A DNA stretch of 64,000 nt, taken from assembly GCF_024700885.2 (NCBI RefSeq), contig NZ_CP117016.1, one strand, 5' to 3'. The notes under the pieces are model-generated. The model was not told where the DNA came from, made no database searches, and saw only the letters and a list, made by a program, of their open reading frames with translations. Positions 10,810-21,522 of this stretch are shown here, one piece after another. Within the stretch, counting starts at the first letter, position 1. Each line of letters opens with the position of its first letter. The translations under genes were made by a program, and so were the position numbers. This DNA is from Escherichia coli (lineage in GTDB: Bacteria > Pseudomonadota > Gammaproteobacteria > Enterobacterales > Enterobacteriaceae).

Positions 10810-11829
10810 TTATTCAGAAAAAGTGAGTAAGACTTTGCAGCAATGCTTTTGATCCTGTTCAAATAAACTAATGGCATCAGCAACATGCTGGAAATCAAAC
10901 GTATGGGTAATTAATTTTTCTGGTTTAATTAACCCTTTACTTAACCAGTCGATAACGACCGGGAATTTATTTGCATTTAAGCGTGAAGAGAAAATAGAGA
11001 GTTCTTTTCCGGTAATTCCTTGCTGAATCACTTCAGACGGTTCACTGGAGAAGCCCATCAATACAATACGTGCCGCTGGAGAAGCCAGCGTTACGGCCTC
11101 TTTCAGGATAGAAGGATGACAAGCCGCATCGATAATTAATGTCGGCTTTATGCCTTTTTCAGCGAAAATCTCGCCAAGCGGTGTCTGGCTGTTATTAATC
11201 GCCCAGTCAGCCCCGCTCTCTTTCGCTTTTTCCAGTCGTTCATCAATGCGATCGGCAACAATCACATTTTTAACGTTATAGACGCCTTTTAATACCTGAA
11301 CGATCGTCAGGCCGATTGGACCGGCACCGTAAACCAGAACGGTATCATTTTCAGTCGGTTGACCATGACCGGTTACGTTAGCCGCAATGGTAAAAGGTTC
11401 GATCATCACCGCATATTGATCGGCCACTGCTTCAGGAATTTTCCACGCATTTTTTGCCGGAACCACGGCATATTCACTGAAACCACCGTCAGCGTGCACA
11501 CCTAATACAGCCAGTGTCGTACAAACGTTCGGCTTACCTATAGAGCACGGATAGCAATGCCCACAGCTGACCACCGGATCGACAGCAACGCGTTCACCGA
11601 CTCTGGCGCTTTCCACGCCTTCACCCACTGCATCAATGACGCCAAAGAATTCATGTCCAATGACGCGCGGATATTTCGCAAAAGGATTATGCCCACGATA
11701 AATATGGCTATCTGAACCACAAATCCCGGCAAGTTTCACTTTTACTCGTACTTCACCCGCTGACGGGGTGGGTATTTCACGTTCGATAATTGCCAGTTGA
11801 TTCGGTTTTTCAATTAAAATGCTTTTCAT
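10810..11829 (-). CDS. rspB: Zn-dependent dehydrogenase RspB
   Basis: GHEFFG and the GxGxxG motif are present. The start was set at MKSILIEKP, giving 339 aa. Confidence 0.9.
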   Translation of the reverse strand: MKSILIEKPNQLAIIEREIPTPSAGEVRVKVKLAGICGSDSHIYRGHNPFAKYPRVIGHEFFGVIDAVGEGVESARVGERVAVDPVVSCGHCYPCSIGKPNVCTTLAVLGVHADGGFSEYAVVPAKNAWKIPEAVADQYAVMIEPFTIAANVTGHGQPTENDTVLVYGAGPIGLTIVQVLKGVYNVKNVIVADRIDERLEKAKESGADWAINNSQTPLGEIFAEKGIKPTLIIDAACHPSILKEAVTLASPAARIVLMGFSSEPSEVIQQGITGKELSIFSSRLNANKFPVVIDWLSKGLIKPEKLITHTFDFQHVADAISLFEQDQKHCCKVLLTFSE

Positions 11830-11840
11830 TATCTTACTCC

Positions 11841-13055
11841 TTACCAGTTCCACAGCGTGCCATCTTCCAGACGTGCGACTGGCAGATAAGCAGGTTCATA
11901 GGGATATTTCGCCGCCAGCTTTTCATCGAATTCGATGCCAAGACCCGGTTTGTCTCCCGGATGCATATAGCCGTTATCGAAAGTCCAGTTGTGCGGGAAG
12001 ACTTCGAGCATTTGTTCGGAATAACCCATGTATTCCTGGACACCGAAATTGGGGACCCACAGATCAAAGTGCAGCGCCGCAGCCATGCAGACTGGTGACA
12101 AATCGGAAGGACCGTGTGAGCCAGTACGTACCTGATACAGCGAAGCAAAATCGGCAATCCGGCGCATACCGGTAATGCCACCCGCGTGGGTCAGCGTAGT
12201 GCGGATATAATCGATAAGTTGCTCTTCAATCAGTTGCTTGCAGTCCCAGATGCTGTTGAAGACTTCACCCACCGCGATGGGTGTGACGGTATGTTGGCGA
12301 ATGAGACGGAAGCATTCCTGGTTTTCCGCAGGCGTCGGGTCTTCCATCCAGAACATGCGATAATCTTCAATGCTTTTACCAAAGCGCGCCGCTTCAATAG
12401 GCGTTAAGCGATGGTGCATGTCATGCAGCAAATGTTCATTAAAACCAAACTTGTTACGTACCGCGTCAAACAATTTCGGCATGAAATCGAGGTATTTCTC
12501 CGTCGACCACAGCTGCTCTTCCGGCCACTGTCCTTTGGTTGCGGGTTCATAAGCCAGACCTTTACCTTTCGACATGCCGTAGGTGGTTTTCATACCAGGG
12601 ATTCCGCACTGCACGCGGATGGCTTTGAATCCCAGCTCCTGATGACGGGCATAATCATCCAGAGCTTCATCAATACTGTGACCGGTGGTATGGCAATAAA
12701 CCATCACCCCTTCACGAGACGCGCCGCCGAGTAACTGGTAAAGCGGCATGTTGGCAGCTTTGGCTTTAATATCCCACAGCGCCATATCAACCGCTGAAAT
12801 GGCCGACATCGTCACCGGGCCGCGACGCCAGTAAGCTCCTTTATAGAAAAACTGCCAGATATCTTCGATACGGTGTGCATCGCGACCAATAAGCTGCGGA
12901 CAAAGGTGATCCTGCAAATAAGAGGCAACGGAAAGCTCACGTCCATTGAGGGTGGCATCCCCAAGGCCCGTAATACCGTCCTCAGTGGTGATTTTTAATG
13001 TGACGAAATTACGCCCCGGACAGGTAACAAAAACTTCAGCCTTTACGATATTCAT
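11841..13055 (-). CDS. rspA: Enolase-superfamily mannonate dehydratase-like RspA
   Basis: The start was set at [17 protein letters not shown], giving 404 aa. Synteny with rspB fits. Confidence 0.9.
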   Translation of the reverse strand: MNIVKAEVFVTCPGRNFVTLKITTEDGITGLGDATLNGRELSVASYLQDHLCPQLIGRDAHRIEDIWQFFYKGAYWRRGPVTMSAISAVDMALWDIKAKAANMPLYQLLGGASREGVMVYCHTTGHSIDEALDDYARHQELGFKAIRVQCGIPGMKTTYGMSKGKGLAYEPATKGQWPEEQLWSTEKYLDFMPKLFDAVRNKFGFNEHLLHDMHHRLTPIEAARFGKSIEDYRMFWMEDPTPAENQECFRLIRQHTVTPIAVGEVFNSIWDCKQLIEEQLIDYIRTTLTHAGGITGMRRIADFASLYQVRTGSHGPSDLSPVCMAAALHFDLWVPNFGVQEYMGYSEQMLEVFPHNWTFDNGYMHPGDKPGLGIEFDEKLAAKYPYEPAYLPVARLEDGTLWNW

Positions 13056-13260
13056 GTTCGATTCCTTGCATCGCTTGTCGTGATGCATGAAATCTACGCA
13101 ACTGAGCTACTACCATACAAGTATGAAGATCAAAAAAAGCCGGAGTGATCACAAAAAAAGGCGTATATTTGCGCTGTGAATGGTTGACAAAAGATGAAAT
13201 AGAATACCTTTTGTCAGCTGACACTTCCTCGTATCTTATTGATAAAATGGATTTATGTTC

Positions 13261-13587
13261 CTACGTGCGCCCCCATCCCGCAACAATGATCAACATGCCG
13301 CAAAGCGCAATCAACGCCCCCGTCCAGTCATAAAGAGTCAGTTTCACGCCATCCACAACGCGCAGCCACATCAACGCCGTGCAGACATAAACGCCACCAT
13401 AAGCCGCGTAAACACGCCCACTCGCCGCAGGATGCAACGTTAACAACCAGACAAACAGCGCCAGTGAAATCCCCGCCGGAAGCAACAGCCAGATACTGGC
13501 GTTTCGTTTTAACCACAACCAGGGCAGAAAGCATCCAATAATTTCACACAGCGCAGTAGCAAAAAATAGTAACGTTGTTTTAATCAT
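13261..13587 (-). CDS. ynfA: UPF0060 membrane protein YnfA
   Basis: 108 aa from [16 protein letters not shown], with 4 TM segments. Confidence 0.88.
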
Positions 13588-13721
13588 CTTTGTCACTTAT
13601 TGACATCATGTATAGTTATAGGGCGACATAATATCATCAATATAAACACCCTCCTGGTACGTTTTGCGTTCGCTGTGGATGGTGTAGAATCACCTTTAAT
13701 CATTCATACAGGGAATGAATT

Positions 13722-14063
13722 ATGAAAATTACTCTCAGCAAACGAATTGGCCTGCTCGCTTTTCTGCTGCCTTGCGCAATGGCATTGAGCACAACTGTTC
13801 ATGCCGAAACTAACAAACTGGTGATTGAGTCTGGCGACAGTGCGCAAAGCCGCCAGCACGCCGCTATGGAAAAAGAGCAATGGAATGACACGCGCAATCT
13901 GCGCCAGAAAGTGAATAAACGCACTGAAAAAGAGTGGGATAAAGCCGACGCCGCTTTTGATAACCGCGATAAATGTGAGCAAAGCGCCAACATCAATGCC
14001 TACTGGGAGCCAAATACTTTGCGCTGCCTGGACCGTCGAACTGGCCGCGTTATTACCCCCTAA
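13722..14063 (+). CDS. ynfB: UPF0482 secreted protein YnfB
   Basis: 113 aa with a signal peptide. Synteny fits. Confidence 0.85.
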   Translation: MKITLSKRIGLLAFLLPCAMALSTTVHAETNKLVIESGDSAQSRQHAAMEKEQWNDTRNLRQKVNKRTEKEWDKADAAFDNRDKCEQSANINAYWEPNTLRCLDRRTGRVITP

Positions 14064-14097
14064 CCTGTTATTGATTTAAGGAATGTAAGGACACGTT

Positions 14098-14658
14098 ATG
14101 CCAAGCGCCCACAGTGTTAAGCTACGCCCGCTGGAGCGTGAAGATTTACGCTATGTACATCAACTCGACAATAACGCCAGTGTGATGCGTTACTGGTTTG
14201 AGGAACCCTACGAAGCCTTTGTTGAACTCTCTGATCTGTACGATAAGCATATTCACGATCAGAGCGAACGGCGCTTTGTGGTGGAATGTGACGGCGAAAA
14301 AGCCGGTCTGGTGGAGCTGGTGGAAATTAACCATGTTCATCGCCGCGCAGAATTTCAGATAATTATCTCCCCGGAATATCAGGGGAAAGGTCTGGCAACG
14401 CGTGCCGCAAAATTAGCAATGGACTATGGCTTCACCGTTCTTAATCTCTATAAGCTGTATCTGATCGTCGATAAAGAGAATGAAAAAGCGATTCACATTT
14501 ACCGCAAGCTTGGCTTTACGGTTGAAGGTGAATTGATGCATGAGTTCTTTATTAATGGTCAATATCGGAATGCCATTCGCATGTGCATATTCCAGCATCA
14601 GTATCTGGCAGAGCACAAAACACCGGGTCAGACTCTCCTGAAGCCGACCGCACAATAG
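14098..14658 (+). CDS. speG: Spermidine N1-acetyltransferase
   Basis: 186-aa GNAT protein ([17 protein letters not shown]). Confidence 0.93.
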   Translation: MPSAHSVKLRPLEREDLRYVHQLDNNASVMRYWFEEPYEAFVELSDLYDKHIHDQSERRFVVECDGEKAGLVELVEINHVHRRAEFQIIISPEYQGKGLATRAAKLAMDYGFTVLNLYKLYLIVDKENEKAIHIYRKLGFTVEGELMHEFFINGQYRNAIRMCIFQHQYLAEHKTPGQTLLKPTAQ

Positions 14659-14660
14659 CA

Positions 14661-15371
14661 TTAATAATAATCGATAGTATTTTTGATGGTGTAAACCCGT
14701 TCGACGGCGGGTTTTACTCCTTCATCAACAATGATTAGCTGACAGTCCACCGGATTGGCGTGACTGTCATATTCACAGCTCTGTTTTACATTACCAACCC
14801 GTTGATTATTCAGTAAAGTAACCGCTGTGTAATCTAATTTTTTGATCGGATCCGTTGATGGCGTGGCGCTGACAGATAATGTTTTGTCGTTACTTTTCGT
14901 GGTTTTACCCAGCGGATACCCCTGGTCATCATAGCGATATTCCATCTGCATCTGTTTGCTGCTGGCTTTAATCACAAAGCCATTATCATCGGTTTCCCAA
15001 CTCACCCCAGCAGAAGGTAATTCTGCTAGCTGGCATTTTCCCTGCAAACGAACTCTTTTCTCCAGTGTCTGGGCATCACGGTAATAATTGGCGTCCAGTA
15101 CCAGGGCAACCACGGTATTATTTTCCAGATCCAGTAATTCGAGTGAATCAAAACAGCCTTCTTCCGACAAAGTCCCCGAAACACGTTTCGTCACTTCACC
15201 TTGCTCATCCATTAATGTCTGAGTGAAATCTTTTACCGGACCACGCAGCGGATCAAAATCGAATTCATTAGAGAAACTGGCCATCTCAGGGGTAAATGAA
15301 AGTGTTACCTCTGTGCGGTCACATCCTGTGAGGAATATCGCGAGTAAGCATGGCAGTAATTTGTATTTCAC
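14661..15371 (-). CDS. ynfC: Lipoprotein YnfC (UPF0257)
   Basis: GTG start at 15371 gives (M)KYKLLPCLLAIFLTGC with a lipobox, 236 aa. Confidence 0.85.
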   Translation of the reverse strand: MKYKLLPCLLAIFLTGCDRTEVTLSFTPEMASFSNEFDFDPLRGPVKDFTQTLMDEQGEVTKRVSGTLSEEGCFDSLELLDLENNTVVALVLDANYYRDAQTLEKRVRLQGKCQLAELPSAGVSWETDDNGFVIKASSKQMQMEYRYDDQGYPLGKTTKSNDKTLSVSATPSTDPIKKLDYTAVTLLNNQRVGNVKQSCEYDSHANPVDCQLIIVDEGVKPAVERVYTIKNTIDYY

Positions 15372-15478
15372 AACAGTCACCAGAGAGTAGAGATGATTCT
15401 CAATCATAGTAGCAAATACAGTACTTTACACGTTAAATGCTATGCTTAAAGAAGTTATCTTCGCGTAAGGAGCTTATG

Positions 15479-15784
15479 ATGAAACTCTCAACCTGCTGTG
15501 CCGCGCTTCTGCTCGCCCTCGCCTCACCCGCGGTACTCGCCGCGCCGGGATCCTGTGAGCGCATACAGAGCGATATATCACAGCGCATTATCAATAATGG
15601 CGTACCCGAAAGCAGCTTCACGTTAAGTATTGTACCCAATGACCAGGTTGATCAGCCTGATTCCCAGGTCGTCGGGCATTGCGCTAATGATACGCATAAA
15701 ATTCTCTACACCCGCACCACCAGCGGTAACGTCTCTGCTCCCGCGCAGTCTACCCAGGATGGCGCGCCTGCCGAACCGCAGTAA
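15479..15784 (+). CDS. ynfD: DUF1161 secreted protein YnfD
   Basis: 101 aa from MKLSTCCAALLLALASPAVLA. Confidence 0.85.
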   Translation: MKLSTCCAALLLALASPAVLAAPGSCERIQSDISQRIINNGVPESSFTLSIVPNDQVDQPDSQVVGHCANDTHKILYTRTTSGNVSAPAQSTQDGAPAEPQ

Positions 15785-15982
15785 CACATTATCGACTGCA
15801 CGCCGGATACGACACATCCGGCGATTTGAACATACAACATAATCCCACCTTATTACTCATACCCTTCTATTGATATGGATTAATAATTCTTAACCCAAAA
15901 TAGGTAGACTGCCTCTATTGTTAGCGCGCTAAATATTAAATATATAAACTTTTATATAACGATAAAGAACAGGGAGTGAGTT

Positions 15983-18409
15983 ATGTCCAAAAATGAACAA
16001 ATGGTGGGCATCAGCCGCAGAACACTCGTTAAATCTACCGCGATAGGTTCTCTGGCGCTGGCTGCAGGCGGTTTTTCTTTACCGTTCACCCTGCGCAGTG
16101 CAGCGGCAGCGGTACAACAGGCCAGCGAGAAAGTGGTCTGGGGTGCCTGTTCCGTCAACTGTGGTAGCCGCTGTGCACTTCGTCTGCATGTTAAAGATAA
16201 TGAAGTGACCTGGGTGGAAACTGACAACACCGGCAACGACGAGTATGGCAATCATCAAGTACGTGCCTGTTTGCGCGGTCGCTCCATCCGTCGGCGTATT
16301 AATCATCCCGATCGCTTGAATTACCCAATGAAACGCGTGGGCAAACGCGGCGAAGGCAAATTCGAACGGATTAGCTGGGATGAAGCCCTGGATACTATCG
16401 CCAGTAGCCTGAAAAAAACCGTCGAACAATATGGCAATGAGGCTGTATATATTCAGTACTCTTCGGGGATTGTTGGCGGCAATATGACCCGCTCTTCACC
16501 ATCAGCCTCGGCGGTCAAACGCCTGATGAACTGCTACGGCGGTTCACTCAATCAGTATGGCTCCTACAGTACCGCGCAAATTTCCTGTGCCATGCCCTAC
16601 ACCTACGGCAGTAATGATGGCAACAGCACCACGGATATTGAAAACAGCAAGCTGGTCGTGATGTTTGGTAACAACCCGGCAGAAACCCGCATGAGCGGTG
16701 GTGGCATCACTTATCTTCTTGAAAAAGCGCGCGAGAAATCGAACGCCAAAATGATTGTTATCGATCCGCGATATACCGATACGGCTGCCGGTCGTGAAGA
16801 CGAATGGCTTCCTATTCGCCCGGGCACCGATGCCGCGCTGGTTGCGGGGATTGCCTGGGTATTGATTAACGAAAATCTCGTTGATCAACCTTTTCTCGAT
16901 AAATACTGCGTCGGCTATGACGAAAAAACCTTACCCGCAGATGCACCAAAAAATGGTCACTATAAAGCCTATATTCTTGGTGAAGGTGATGATAAAACAG
17001 CGAAAACGCCGCAGTGGGCTTCGCAAATTACCGGTATCCCGGTGGACCGTATCATCAAACTGGCGCGTGAAATTGGCACAGCAAAACCCGCTTATATCTG
17101 CCAGGGCTGGGGACCGCAACGCCAGGCAAACGGCGAGCTGACTGCACGCGCTATTGCGATGTTGCCTATTCTGACGGGCAATGTCGGCATCAGCGGCGGG
17201 AATAGTGGCGCGCGTGAATCGACCTATACCATTACCATAGAACGCCTACCGGTGCTTGATAATCCGGTCAAAACGTCAATCTCCTGCTTCAGCTGGACGG
17301 ATGCTATCGATCATGGTCCGCAAATGACGGCAATCCGCGACGGTGTCCGGGGCAAAGATAAACTGGATGTACCCATTAAGTTCATCTGGAACTATGCGGG
17401 AAATACCCTGGTTAATCAGCATTCTGACATCAACAAAACGCATGAAATTCTGCAAGACGAATCGAAATGCGAAATGATTGTGGTCATCGAAAACTTTATG
17501 ACCTCATCGGCAAAATATGCCGACATTCTGCTGCCAGACCTGATGACCGTTGAGCAGGAAGATATTATTCCTAACGACTACGCAGGTAACATGGGATATC
17601 TCATTTTCCTTCAGCCAGTCACCAGCGAAAAATTCGAACGCAAACCGATTTACTGGATCCTGAGTGAAGTCGCGAAACGTCTTGGACCTGACGTCTATCA
17701 AAAGTTCACAGAAGGTCGCACGCAGGAACAATGGTTACAACATCTGTACGCCAAAATGCTTGCCAAAGATCCGGCGTTACCGTCTTACGACGAACTGAAA
17801 AAAATGGGTATCTATAAGCGTAAAGATCCCAATGGTCATTTTGTCGCCTACAAAGCATTTCGTGACGACCCCGAGGCAAATCCACTTAAAACGCCTTCCG
17901 GTAAGATTGAAATTTACTCCAGCAAGCTGGCGGAAATTGCCCGTACCTGGGAACTGGAAAAAGATGAAGTGATAAGCCCACTGCCGGTTTATGCCTCAAC
18001 CTTTGAAGGCTGGGACTCCCCTGAACGTAGTACCTTCCCACTGCAACTGTTTGGTTTCCATTACAAATCCCGTACTCACTCGACCTACGGCAACATTGAT
18101 GTCCTGAAGGCAGCCTGCCGTCAGGAAGTGTGGATCAACCCTATAGACGCACAGAAACGTGGGATTGCCAACGGCGATATGGTGCGGGTGTATAACCATC
18201 GTGGCGAAGTTCGGCTACCAGCCAAAGTGACACCACGCATTCTCCCTGGGGTTAGCGCTATGGGCCAGGGAGCCTGGCACGAGGCCAATATGTCTGGCGA
18301 TAAAATCGACCACGGCGGCTGTGTGAATACGCTAACCACTCTGCGCCCTTCACCACTGGCGAAGGGAAACCCACAGCACACTAATCTGGTCGAGATCGAA
18401 AAAATATAA
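15983..18409 (+). CDS. ynfE: Molybdopterin oxidoreductase YnfE (DmsA paralogue, putative selenate reductase)
   Basis: 808 aa with a Tat signal (SRRTLVK), the 4Fe-4S Cys cluster CSVNCGSRC and an MGD-binding domain. Confidence 0.92.
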   Translation: MSKNEQMVGISRRTLVKSTAIGSLALAAGGFSLPFTLRSAAAAVQQASEKVVWGACSVNCGSRCALRLHVKDNEVTWVETDNTGNDEYGNHQVRACLRGRSIRRRINHPDRLNYPMKRVGKRGEGKFERISWDEALDTIASSLKKTVEQYGNEAVYIQYSSGIVGGNMTRSSPSASAVKRLMNCYGGSLNQYGSYSTAQISCAMPYTYGSNDGNSTTDIENSKLVVMFGNNPAETRMSGGGITYLLEKAREKSNAKMIVIDPRYTDTAAGREDEWLPIRPGTDAALVAGIAWVLINENLVDQPFLDKYCVGYDEKTLPADAPKNGHYKAYILGEGDDKTAKTPQWASQITGIPVDRIIKLAREIGTAKPAYICQGWGPQRQANGELTARAIAMLPILTGNVGISGGNSGARESTYTITIERLPVLDNPVKTSISCFSWTDAIDHGPQMTAIRDGVRGKDKLDVPIKFIWNYAGNTLVNQHSDINKTHEILQDESKCEMIVVIENFMTSSAKYADILLPDLMTVEQEDIIPNDYAGNMGYLIFLQPVTSEKFERKPIYWILSEVAKRLGPDVYQKFTEGRTQEQWLQHLYAKMLAKDPALPSYDELKKMGIYKRKDPNGHFVAYKAFRDDPEANPLKTPSGKIEIYSSKLAEIARTWELEKDEVISPLPVYASTFEGWDSPERSTFPLQLFGFHYKSRTHSTYGNIDVLKAACRQEVWINPIDAQKRGIANGDMVRVYNHRGEVRLPAKVTPRILPGVSAMGQGAWHEANMSGDKIDHGGCVNTLTTLRPSPLAKGNPQHTNLVEIEKI

Positions 18410-18469
18410 CCCACTACGACCATAAATTTTGACATGACATTTTGTTTGAAAAGCAATAAGTGAGTAATG

Positions 18470-20893
18470 ATGAAAATCCATACCACAGAGGCGCTCATGA
18501 AGGCTGAAATCAGCCGTAGAAGTCTGATGAAAACCTCCGCACTTGGCAGTCTCGCGCTGGCAAGCAGTGCTTTCACTCTGCCATTTTCCCAAATGGTCCG
18601 AGCGGCAGAGGCACCGGTAGAAGAGAAAGCGGTCTGGAGTTCCTGCACCGTTAACTGCGGGAGCCGCTGTCTGTTACGTTTGCATGTGAAAGATGACACC
18701 GTGTACTGGGTGGAGTCTGATACGACAGGTGACGACGTTTACGGTAATCATCAGGTTCGGGCATGTTTACGCGGGCGCTCTATCCGCCGACGGATGAATC
18801 ATCCTGACAGGTTGAAATATCCCATGAAGCGCGTCGGCAAGCGCGGTGAAGGTAAATTTGAACGGATAAGTTGGGACGAAGCCCTGGATACCATCAGTGA
18901 TAATCTTCGGCGGATCCTAAAAGATTACGGCAATGAGGCTGTACATGTTCTCTATGGAACAGGCGTAGATGGCGGAAACATCACCAACTCAAACGTCCCG
19001 TACCGTCTGATGAACTCTTGCGGTGGTTTTCTCAGTCGCTATGGCAGCTACAGTACCGCACAGATCAGTGCCGCAATGAGTTATATGTTCGGTGCCAATG
19101 ATGGCAACAGCCCGGATGATATCGCCAATACGAAGCTGGTCGTTATGTTCGGAAATAACCCGGCAGAAACGCGGATGAGCGGCGGTGGTGTCACTTACTA
19201 CGTCGAGCAAGCCCGCGAACGTTCAAATGCACGCATGATCGTCATCGATCCACGTTATAACGACACAGCTGCCGGACGTGAAGATGAATGGCTGCCCATT
19301 CGCCCTGGCACTGATGGCGCACTGGCCTGTGCGATTGCTTGGGTACTGATTACTGAAAACATGGTCGATCAGCCATTTCTCGACAAATATTGTGTTGGTT
19401 ACGATGAAAAAACGCTGCCCGCCAACGCACCACGTAACGCGCATTATAAAGCCTATATTCTGGGCGAAGGGCCTGACGGCATAGCTAAAACGCCGGAATG
19501 GGCAGCAAAAATCACCAGCATCCCGGCAGAAAAAATTATCCAGTTGGCACGAGAGATCGGTTCAGCAAAACCTGCTTATATTTGTCAGGGTTGGGGGCCA
19601 CAACGACACTCCAACGGCGAGCAAACGTCCCGCGCTATTGCCATGCTTTCCGTTCTCACCGGTAACGTCGGCATAAACGGTGGCAACTCAGGTGTACGCG
19701 AAGGTAGCTGGGATCTGGGGGTAGAATGGTTCCCGATGCTCGAGAATCCTGTTAAAACGCAGATTTCCGTCTTTACATGGACAGATGCCATCGACCATGG
19801 TGCGGAAATGACCGCGACCCGTGATGGTGTTCGTGGAAAAGAAAAACTGGATGTCCCCATCAAGTTTTTATGGTGCTACGCCAGTAACACATTAATCAAT
19901 CAACATGGCGACATCAATCACACCCATGAGGTGCTTCAGGATGACAGCAAGTGCGAGATGATTGTTGGCATTGACCACTTCATGACGGCCTCGGCTAAGT
20001 ATTGCGATATCCTGTTGCCCGACCTGATGCCAACAGAGCAAGAAGACCTTATCTCTCATGAATCTGCAGGGAATATGGGCTATGTGATCCTCGCCCAACC
20101 CGCAACCTCAGCAAAATTTGAACGCAAACCCATCTACTGGATGCTGAGTGAAGTCGCCAAACGCTTAGGACCGGACGTTTATCAAACCTTTACTGAAGGT
20201 CGCAGTCAGCATGAATGGATCAAATATCTCCATGCGAAAACGAAGGAACGTAACCCTGAGATGCCCGACTACGAGGAGATGAAAACGACCGGGATCTTTA
20301 AGAAAAAATGCCCGGAAGAACACTACGTCGCTTTCCGCGCATTCCGTGAAGATCCACAGGCAAACCCGTTGAAAACACCTTCGGGGAAAATCGAAATTTA
20401 TTCTGAACGACTGGCGACGATTGCGGATACCTGGGAATTGAAAAAAGATGAAATTATTCATCCCCTTCCTGCGTATACCCCAGGTTTTGATGGCTGGGAC
20501 GATCCCCTGCGGAAAACCTATCCACTGCAGTTAACGGGCTTCCACTACAAAGCACGTACCCACTCCAGCTACGGCAATATTGATGTGTTACAGCAGGCCT
20601 GCCCACAAGAGGTGTGGATCAACCCCATTGATGCTCAGGCACGCGGTATCCGTCATGGCGATACCGTGCGGGTATTTAACAATAATGGAGAAATGCTGAT
20701 TGCCGCAAAAGTGACTCCGCGTATTCTACCTGGCGTTACCGCCATCGGGCAAGGTGCGTGGCTTAAAGCGGATATGTTTGGTGACCGGGTCGATCACGGC
20801 GGCAGTATCAATATTCTGACCTCTCACCGCCCTTCACCGCTGGCAAAGGGAAACCCGTCGCACAGCAATCTTGTCCAGATCGAAAAGGTTTAA
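18470..20893 (+). CDS. ynfF: Molybdopterin oxidoreductase YnfF (DmsA paralogue)
   Basis: Tandem paralogue of ynfE with Tat signal SRRSLMK. The start could be either of two adjacent ATGs (18467 or 18470). Confidence 0.9.
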   Translation: MKIHTTEALMKAEISRRSLMKTSALGSLALASSAFTLPFSQMVRAAEAPVEEKAVWSSCTVNCGSRCLLRLHVKDDTVYWVESDTTGDDVYGNHQVRACLRGRSIRRRMNHPDRLKYPMKRVGKRGEGKFERISWDEALDTISDNLRRILKDYGNEAVHVLYGTGVDGGNITNSNVPYRLMNSCGGFLSRYGSYSTAQISAAMSYMFGANDGNSPDDIANTKLVVMFGNNPAETRMSGGGVTYYVEQARERSNARMIVIDPRYNDTAAGREDEWLPIRPGTDGALACAIAWVLITENMVDQPFLDKYCVGYDEKTLPANAPRNAHYKAYILGEGPDGIAKTPEWAAKITSIPAEKIIQLAREIGSAKPAYICQGWGPQRHSNGEQTSRAIAMLSVLTGNVGINGGNSGVREGSWDLGVEWFPMLENPVKTQISVFTWTDAIDHGAEMTATRDGVRGKEKLDVPIKFLWCYASNTLINQHGDINHTHEVLQDDSKCEMIVGIDHFMTASAKYCDILLPDLMPTEQEDLISHESAGNMGYVILAQPATSAKFERKPIYWMLSEVAKRLGPDVYQTFTEGRSQHEWIKYLHAKTKERNPEMPDYEEMKTTGIFKKKCPEEHYVAFRAFREDPQANPLKTPSGKIEIYSERLATIADTWELKKDEIIHPLPAYTPGFDGWDDPLRKTYPLQLTGFHYKARTHSSYGNIDVLQQACPQEVWINPIDAQARGIRHGDTVRVFNNNGEMLIAAKVTPRILPGVTAIGQGAWLKADMFGDRVDHGGSINILTSHRPSPLAKGNPSHSNLVQIEKV

Positions 20894-20903
20894 GGAGTAG
20901 CCC

Positions 20904-21521
20904 ATGACCACACAATATGGATTTTTTATCGATTCCAGCCGCTGTACTGGCTGTAAAACCTGCGAACTGGCGTGCAAAGATTTTAAAGATCTTGGCCCGG
21001 AAGTCAGTTTCCGCCGTATTTATGAATATGCTGGCGGCGACTGGCAGGAAGATAATGGCGTCTGGCACCAGAACGTGTTCGCTTATTATCTCTCCATCTC
21101 CTGTAACCATTGCGATGACCCCGCATGTACAAAAGTCTGCCCCAGCGGCGCAATGCATAAGCGTGAAGATGGCTTTGTGGTGGTTGATGAAGATGTTTGT
21201 ATCGGCTGCCGCTACTGCCACATGGCTTGTCCGTACGGCGCGCCACAGTACAATGCTGAAAAAGGGCACATGACGAAGTGCGATGGTTGTTATTCGCGCG
21301 TCGCCGAGGGGAAACAACCCATATGTGTCGAATCCTGCCCGCTGCGTGCACTTGAGTTCGGTCCAATTGAAGAGCTGCGCCAGAAGCACGGCACTCTGGC
21401 TGCCGTCGCGCCACTGCCGCGCGCGCATTTCACAAAACCCAATATCGTTATCAAACCTAACGCTAACAGCCGCCCGACCGGCGATACCACTGGTTATCTG
21501 GCTAATCCGGAGGAAGTGTAA
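20904..21521 (+). CDS. ynfG: 4Fe-4S subunit YnfG (DmsB paralogue)
   Basis: 205 aa with four CxxCxxCxxxCP-type clusters. Confidence 0.92.
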   Translation: MTTQYGFFIDSSRCTGCKTCELACKDFKDLGPEVSFRRIYEYAGGDWQEDNGVWHQNVFAYYLSISCNHCDDPACTKVCPSGAMHKREDGFVVVDEDVCIGCRYCHMACPYGAPQYNAEKGHMTKCDGCYSRVAEGKQPICVESCPLRALEFGPIEELRQKHGTLAAVAPLPRAHFTKPNIVIKPNANSRPTGDTTGYLANPEEV

Positions 21522-21522
21522 A

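Noticed and set aside
18121-18699. 192-aa minus-strand ORF spanning the ynfE/ynfF junction
   Set aside because: It is antisense to two strongly supported molybdoenzyme genes. No SD is present and the composition is atypical.
20808-21428. 206-aa minus-strand ORF (also 21004..21414) over ynfG
   Set aside because: It is antisense to the Fe-S subunit gene, whose Cys-cluster motifs fix the true frame.
21283-21522. N-terminal 80-codon extension of the ynfH track ORF
   Set aside because: The extension overlaps ynfG in another frame. The ATG at 21523, directly after the ynfG stop, gives the known 284-aa YnfH.
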